A program made the position numbers and the translations under genes. The notes beneath the pieces are model-generated. The model saw only the letters and a program-made list of their open reading frames with translations. It ran no database searches and was not told where the DNA came from. A DNA stretch of 64,000 nucleotides, taken from assembly GCA_965200875.1 (NCBI GenBank), contig OZ241456.1, forward strand, positions 288,001 to 352,000, in the 5' to 3' direction. Positions 58,912-64,000 of this stretch are shown here, piece by piece. The DNA is from Bdellovibrionales bacterium. GTDB taxonomy: Bacteria; Bdellovibrionota; Bdellovibrionia; Bdellovibrionales; UBA1609. Each line of letters begins with the position of its first letter. Position 1 is the stretch's first letter.

Positions 58912-60285
58912 ATGCAAAAAATCAGTTTAAAATCAAAGACAAAGTGTGCTTCTTTTTTTAAAAGAGAAAAAAAGAGCTTAGGATTTTATCATATCCGTTT
59001 TTTCTCTGGCAAAGGTATGGGAGGTCCATCTTGGAGAAAAATTATCACTTTTTGGCTTCTTATTTTTTCTTTGGGTAGTCTTTTTTCATGTGGGCTGGCC
59101 AATTATAATTTTGGTTCTTCTAATTCTTCTGCGACTGTTCTGGATTCTCGATCTAATGATGATTCCACGGGAGAGTTTAATTCTCCTAAAGGTCGTCTGG
59201 AATCCTCTGACACTTGTTCCAAGAGTGAGGACTGCAAAGAGCTTTGCGATTCCATGTTGCAAAGATTTTCCTTCCAGAAAAAATGTTACGAATATAAGGA
59301 AGTGGAAGTGCAGTCTTTTAGAGATGTTTATAACCTTTTAGCAGTGGGAAATCCCAGAAAGCTTTCGCGGGTGGATACAGAGAAGATGGAAAAATTTTTA
59401 ACTTTCGGCCCTGAGCTTTGGCAAGATGCCATTTACGGATTTGAAAGACAGAGAAAAGAAGATTGTACACCCAATGACGGGGCTGATGATCCCACAGAGC
59501 GTGAGGATTGTAAGCTTGAGGGTTATTATAAACAGGAGGGTTACTGGAGTGGTGGAGCTTTGGCCGCTTTAGAGTGGATCGCAAAAAACGACTGGCTGGC
59601 TGAGCTTATTGTAAGGCATGATGAAGACCTTGTAATTATGACAAGCCTCTTGGATGTTTTAGCTCATGGAGGAGGAAAAGTTTTTAAAGACCCAGATAGT
59701 GCTATAGAAACCCAAGACAATAAAAACAAAACTTGCAACTTGAATCTCATAGAATTGGATCTGAATGCTAATAGGAATTGTGACAAACCAGCCACCGCTA
59801 ATAATGAGGATTTTAACAAAGATAACGAATGTAGCTTTAAAGACTCTGATTTTGCAAATTTTCACGGCAGGCTTTCTCCTAACTCAGATATCAGATTGGG
59901 TAATACACCCACCAGTATTTCCGTAAATTTGGAAAAACATTATAAGGCTTTTGGTGCAGACTGTGTAAGTGATGATCGTGAGAACTATTTTATCATCGCC
60001 GTGGCGGAAAAAAACAAAAACTCATTAACCTTGGGTCATCAGATGGTGGATAAACTTTGCTCTGACGACATCACTTGCATCCGGTATTTTTATTGTCATA
60101 TTAAAAATGGGTTCAAACAGGGTGACTTGATCTCAGCCACAGACCGTTTCACTACAACAGGCACCCCACCAAAATCTGAACCCAAACCCGCCCAAGAAGG
60201 CACAATACTGCATTACATGGATGATAATAAAGGATCGATTAGTGGCTTTAGAGCTAACACTTACAATAATTGCTATTTTCCATAA
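58912..60285 (+). CDS. Cys-rich lipoprotein, paralog 2
   Basis: LFSC lipobox; CSKSEDCKELC..CY and LGHQMVDKLC..C..FYC; start may be downstream. Confidence 0.75.
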   Translation: MQKISLKSKTKCASFFKREKKSLGFYHIRFFSGKGMGGPSWRKIITFWLLIFSLGSLFSCGLANYNFGSSNSSATVLDSRSNDDSTGEFNSPKGRLESSDTCSKSEDCKELCDSMLQRFSFQKKCYEYKEVEVQSFRDVYNLLAVGNPRKLSRVDTEKMEKFLTFGPELWQDAIYGFERQRKEDCTPNDGADDPTEREDCKLEGYYKQEGYWSGGALAALEWIAKNDWLAELIVRHDEDLVIMTSLLDVLAHGGGKVFKDPDSAIETQDNKNKTCNLNLIELDLNANRNCDKPATANNEDFNKDNECSFKDSDFANFHGRLSPNSDIRLGNTPTSISVNLEKHYKAFGADCVSDDRENYFIIAVAEKNKNSLTLGHQMVDKLCSDDITCIRYFYCHIKNGFKQGDLISATDRFTTTGTPPKSEPKPAQEGTILHYMDDNKGSISGFRANTYNNCYFP

Positions 60286-60419
60286 TCTTTGATACAAATA
60301 CCTTATTATGGGAACAGCTTTAATCAAAATCGAAAACACATTGGCCACTAAATTTGATATATCATCAGTGTTCATGCTCTTCAGTTTGTTTCCTGTTTTC
60401 CAGCTCTGTCGTCGCTAGG

Positions 60420-61040
60420 TTATGAAACGAATCCTAATACAGCAAATCCAACGATTATCAGACTTCCTAGAATACCCACTAAATTCAATGTGAGGTCTTT
60501 TTTTAAGAGAGACATATCTTTTTTGATTTCCAAACGCAAAAGTTCTATGTCTTTTTTTACATCAGCGATATCTTTTTTGGTTTCGTTGCGCAGAAGTTCT
60601 ATGTCTTTTTTGGTTTCGTTGCGCAGAAGTTCTATGTCTTTTTTTACATCAGCGATATCTTTTTTGGTTTCGTTGCGCAGAAGTTCTATGTCTTTTTTGG
60701 TTTCGTTGCGCAGAAGTTCTATGTCTTTTTTTACATCAGCGATATCTTTTTTGGTTTCGTTGCGCAGAAGTTCTATGTCTTTTTTGGTTTCGTTGCGCAG
60801 AAGTTCTATGTCTTTTTTTACATACTCAATTTCTTTTTTTACATCAGCGATATCTTTTTTGGTTTCGTTGCGCAGAAGTTCTATGTCTTTTTTTACATAC
60901 TCAATTTCTTTTTTTACATCAGCGATGTCTTTTTTAGTGGCCATTACATTTTCCTGAAAATAGATCAGGGTATTGGCTTGTTGTTCTGTGAAGCCGTTTT
61001 CTTTAAGATATTCCACTTGTTTGATTAAAGCAGTAGCCAT
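60420..61040 (-). CDS. DUF1640/Bdr-like coiled-coil repeat protein with C-terminal TM anchor
   Basis: L.ENGFTEQQA, ATKKDI, mixed 7- and 11-aa KKDI repeats, C-terminal hydrophobic helix. Confidence 0.85.
   Translation of the reverse strand: MATALIKQVEYLKENGFTEQQANTLIYFQENVMATKKDIADVKKEIEYVKKDIELLRNETKKDIADVKKEIEYVKKDIELLRNETKKDIELLRNETKKDIADVKKDIELLRNETKKDIELLRNETKKDIADVKKDIELLRNETKKDIELLRNETKKDIADVKKDIELLRLEIKKDMSLLKKDLTLNLVGILGSLIIVGFAVLGFVS
60513..60935. repeat. Mosaic coding tandem repeat of 33-bp and 21-bp units
   Basis: GGTTTCGTTGCGCAGAAGTTCTATGTCTTTTTT and TACATCAGCGATATCTTTTTT recur. Confidence 0.92.
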
Positions 61041-61286
61041 AGTAAGTTACTTGTATCAGTATTTTGCAAAAAAGTCAATATTACTTAGAAATCCTGGAAA
61101 AAGCTGTTAACGAACTGTTATTACTTGATTTTTTTATAAAAAATGTTAAAAATAATTAGCTTGAAAAACCCTTAACACTTGATAAGAGGTGGAAAGTGGT
61201 ATAGCTTTTTAATCAGTAGGGTGAGTAAAGTGATCATTTGTAAACTTAGGGGTAAAATATTAAGCTCATATAAGGAGGAATGGCAA

Positions 61287-61601
61287 GTGTCCACAGAAAA
61301 TCATACAGAAAACCATATAGTATCTTTTTCTCTTTACACAAAGGTGTTGTCCACTTTACTGGTTTTGACAGTTTTAACTGTGTTGGTTGCTCAAATGGAT
61401 TTTGGCGTATTTAATGTTCTGATTGCAATGGGCATTGCTAGTGTCAAAGCGGTTTTGGTTTTGCTTTTTTTTATGCACCTGAAATACGACAATAAACTTT
61501 TCCCGGTGATTTTTTTTACCGGAGTATTTTTTTTGGCAATTTTATTTTTATTTTGTGAGTTTGATATTATCACTCGCATTCCTGAATTTTCTGTATTGTA
61601 G
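61287..61601 (+). CDS. Cytochrome c oxidase subunit IV family protein
   Basis: AAGGAGG RBS, GTG start; LLVLTVLTV, IASVKAVLVLLFFMHLKYD. Confidence 0.9.
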   Translation: MSTENHTENHIVSFSLYTKVLSTLLVLTVLTVLVAQMDFGVFNVLIAMGIASVKAVLVLLFFMHLKYDNKLFPVIFFTGVFFLAILFLFCEFDIITRIPEFSVL

Positions 61602-61648
61602 CATTGTATAAAATGTCTTTCACAAAGCTACTCACCTTGTATGCCTGA

Positions 61649-64000
61649 CTAATTTCGATACTGGCAAGTTCGGCTTATTGGGTCATAATAAGTACCGGGT
61701 GGGCAACAGGTGTTGTGTGTGCGATCATACACAGATCCGTTTGGACAGCAAATATTGCCTGTGCCATGATTATAGTTCCATCCGTTTGGACAACAGGTGC
61801 CGTTTGAGAAATTATATCCGTCTGGACAACATGTTCTACCTCCTACGGAATAATATCCGTTTCTGCAACAACCAGAATCAATAGAATGTCCCAAAGCACA
61901 AGCCCTATTGTTTTTAACACATAATACTGTTCCTGCCGGAGTGTTTATATATTCGCCGGCTCTGGCAACCTTGCGAATATGTCCAGGCATACAGCAAGCT
62001 CCACTGGAACTTGGACAACAATTTCCATTACGGAGGTGTGGAGCGGTGCGAGGACATCGCTCACATCTATCACCATAGCGTAAATGATTTCTCGGACAGA
62101 ACCAGCACTTATTGTCGTATTCGTGTTGTCGCCCCCTCGGACAACGGTTGCAACTGTTGTTATAGTGCCAGTATCTGTTACGCGGACACTGGCGACAGTA
62201 TCCGAAATAATGGTGTCTTCTGTCACGATGGCAACGGTTGCATTTCCCATCGTAAAAATACTCAGCTCTGCAACTATGACATCCTCCATTGTGTTCATAT
62301 CGTCTATACACCGGACAACGGTTGCAACTTCCCCAGTAATAATGTTGCCCCCTCTGGCAAGTGTTGCATCTTCCATTGTAGTAGTGCGGAACATGTCTTG
62401 CACATTTATTACACCGGCCATTATAATAATACCTTTCATTGAGGGGACAGCGGTTGCAGGTTCCCCAGTAGTAATGTTGCCCGCTCGGGCACCGGTTACA
62501 AGTCCCGCTATAATAATGTTGTCCGCGTGGGCATTGGTTACACCGACCTCCATAATAATACTTCCTAGAGCTTGGGCAACGATGGCAGGCCCCGCTATAG
62601 TAATGTTGCCCTCGTGGACAGCGATTACATCTGTTATTATAGTAATGTCTTTGGTAGCTTGGACATTTGTTGCAGGTTCCTCCATAGTAATACTTCCTTG
62701 AGCTGTTGCATCGGTTACACCGGCCATTATAATAATATCTTTCATTGAGGGGGCAACGGTTGCAAGTTCCACTATAGTAATGTTGCCCGCTCGGACATTT
62801 GTTGCAGGTTCCATCATCGTATTTATAGGGTGTGGAGCTTGGGCATTCGTGGCAACTCCCGTCGTAGTAATGCTCTCCACTGGGACATTTATTGCATACA
62901 TTACTGTGGTAGTGTGGAGTCCCCTCAGGGCATCTGTTACACACATTACTATAGTGGTGTGGAGTCCCCTCAGGGCATTTGTTGCATTGGCCATCGTAAA
63001 AATGAATTTTATTGGCTGGGCAGGTGTTACAGCTCCCATTATAGTAATGTTCTCCACTTGGGCACATATTGCAGGTTCCACTATAGTAATGTTGCCCGCT
63101 CGGACATTGGTTACATGTTTGATTGTGATTGTAGTAATAGGGTTTATCTGCTGGACAAGCACATTCCTGATTTGGAGGGGTTCCTCTGTGCCGAGTTTCC
63201 CCTACGCATACACATTCCGCGCTTTCTTGATCCCACCTCTGCCTTGTTTCACAAACCCCCGCACATTCCAGTTCCCCGGAGGATTTTACACTTACCACAA
63301 TTTGCCCCTCTGGACATGCCATATTCTCTGAACTACTGGCATGAATCAAAGCCGAACATTGGATATTATCACCACCTGTATAAGCAGATGGTGAATCAGA
63401 ACAAGGATCATAATCAACACAGTCAGGTGTTCCATCGGGCTTAAATCCACGAAAATGTTTATAAGGCCCTTCGTCCTCACAACTCACACTCTGGAAGCCC
63501 TTTCCGGTATGACAATCTAGGGGAACACACTTATCTTCAGTGCCATCACATGCCTCATTCGAACACTTGTAATCCAACACACAGGTTTGATGATAACAAC
63601 CGGTTTTATCTGTGGCGGAACAACCCCCACCCCCTAAAGTTTCATTACCCCTAAGATAAGGCTTTGTGTAAAACACAATTAAAAGTCGCTTTGGGTGATC
63701 CTTATCAATATTCACTTCCTTTTTCAGCTCAATCCCCTGAATGGAAATAAAATCATCTTGTGTAAACTGTCCTATGGATGTAAGGGGATCTGAGAGATTT
63801 CCTTCATCATCCAGCTCATGCAACAAACCACTTTGGTGTTCTTTGTCGCTCTCCGAAAGCCGGGCAGGCTTTGTTATATCCTTGCAATTAATTTCATTAC
63901 TTAAAAACTCTTTTGTTCTGTGAGATAAAACCTGCTCTGCCAGATTGGTTCTGATTACCTGCTCGGACTTTACCGATATTCCTATTATTTTTAATGTGCT
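61649..64000 (-). CDS. Large Cys/Tyr/His-rich repeat surface protein, 5' end outside the window
   Basis: Frame is open from 64000 to the stop at 61649; more than 20 units of CN.CP....HYY.G then CCP.G units. Confidence 0.8.
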   Translation of the reverse strand, partial: STLKIIGISVKSEQVIRTNLAEQVLSHRTKEFLSNEINCKDITKPARLSESDKEHQSGLLHELDDEGNLSDPLTSIGQFTQDDFISIQGIELKKEVNIDKDHPKRLLIVFYTKPYLRGNETLGGGGCSATDKTGCYHQTCVLDYKCSNEACDGTEDKCVPLDCHTGKGFQSVSCEDEGPYKHFRGFKPDGTPDCVDYDPCSDSPSAYTGGDNIQCSALIHASSSENMACPEGQIVVSVKSSGELECAGVCETRQRWDQESAECVCVGETRHRGTPPNQECACPADKPYYYNHNQTCNQCPSGQHYYSGTCNMCPSGEHYYNGSCNTCPANKIHFYDGQCNKCPEGTPHHYSNVCNRCPEGTPHYHSNVCNKCPSGEHYYDGSCHECPSSTPYKYDDGTCNKCPSGQHYYSGTCNRCPLNERYYYNGRCNRCNSSRKYYYGGTCNKCPSYQRHYYNNRCNRCPRGQHYYSGACHRCPSSRKYYYGGRCNQCPRGQHYYSGTCNRCPSGQHYYWGTCNRCPLNERYYYNGRCNKCARHVPHYYNGRCNTCQRGQHYYWGSCNRCPVYRRYEHNGGCHSCRAEYFYDGKCNRCHRDRRHHYFGYCRQCPRNRYWHYNNSCNRCPRGRQHEYDNKCWFCPRNHLRYGDRCERCPRTAPHLRNGNCCPSSSGACCMPGHIRKVARAGEYINTPAGTVLCVKNNRACALGHSIDSGCCRNGYYSVGGRTCCPDGYNFSNGTCCPNGWNYNHGTGNICCPNGSVYDRTHNTCCPPGTYYDPISRTCQYRN

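Noticed and set aside
60490..60957. Repeat array as a CRISPR, and the antisense 155-aa ORF
   Set aside because: Units are contiguous multiples of 3 with no unique spacers and no cas genes; the ORF is the shadow of the coding repeat
61945..63444. Long alternative-frame ORFs (405, 205, 204, 183 aa)
   Set aside because: Expected shadows of a Cys/Tyr/Asn repeat gene; no independent motifs

Overview
AT-rich bacterial chromosomal window; gene content and lipoprotein style suggest Bdellovibrionota/Oligoflexia (inference only). Housekeeping genes: dprA, aroA/aroK-D-E fusion/aroC, rpsD-rpmG, pdxH, cyoE, maiA, sua5, icd, dapF, ung, dppABC, gcvH, scpB, an ABC-2 pair, trhO, tRNA-Leu(TAG) and tRNA-Met(CAT). 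A defence island at ~32.4-43.3 kb carries a complete four-gene Zorya type I-like operon whose ZorD SNF2 ATPase ends in an HNH nuclease instead of the Mrr-like domain. Next to it are a two-gene unit (small protein plus a papain-like Cys-His-Asp protein split by a T9 homopolymer frameshift) and an AAA-DUF4143 ATPase, bracketed by two copies of a ~150-bp MITE-like element. The right end is rich in exported proteins: an SLT-domain protein, an 857-aa secreted protein with a C-terminal RelE-like domain behind a sigma-28-type promoter, two paralogous Cys-rich lipoproteins with unrelated central inserts, and a long Cys/Tyr-repeat protein. Non-coding signals read directly from the sequence: two dispersed structured repeat families with compensatory changes, a duplicated 36-bp sigma-28 promoter block, and a canonical sigma-54 promoter before dprA. 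All product calls come from motif recognition by eye; no database search was run.
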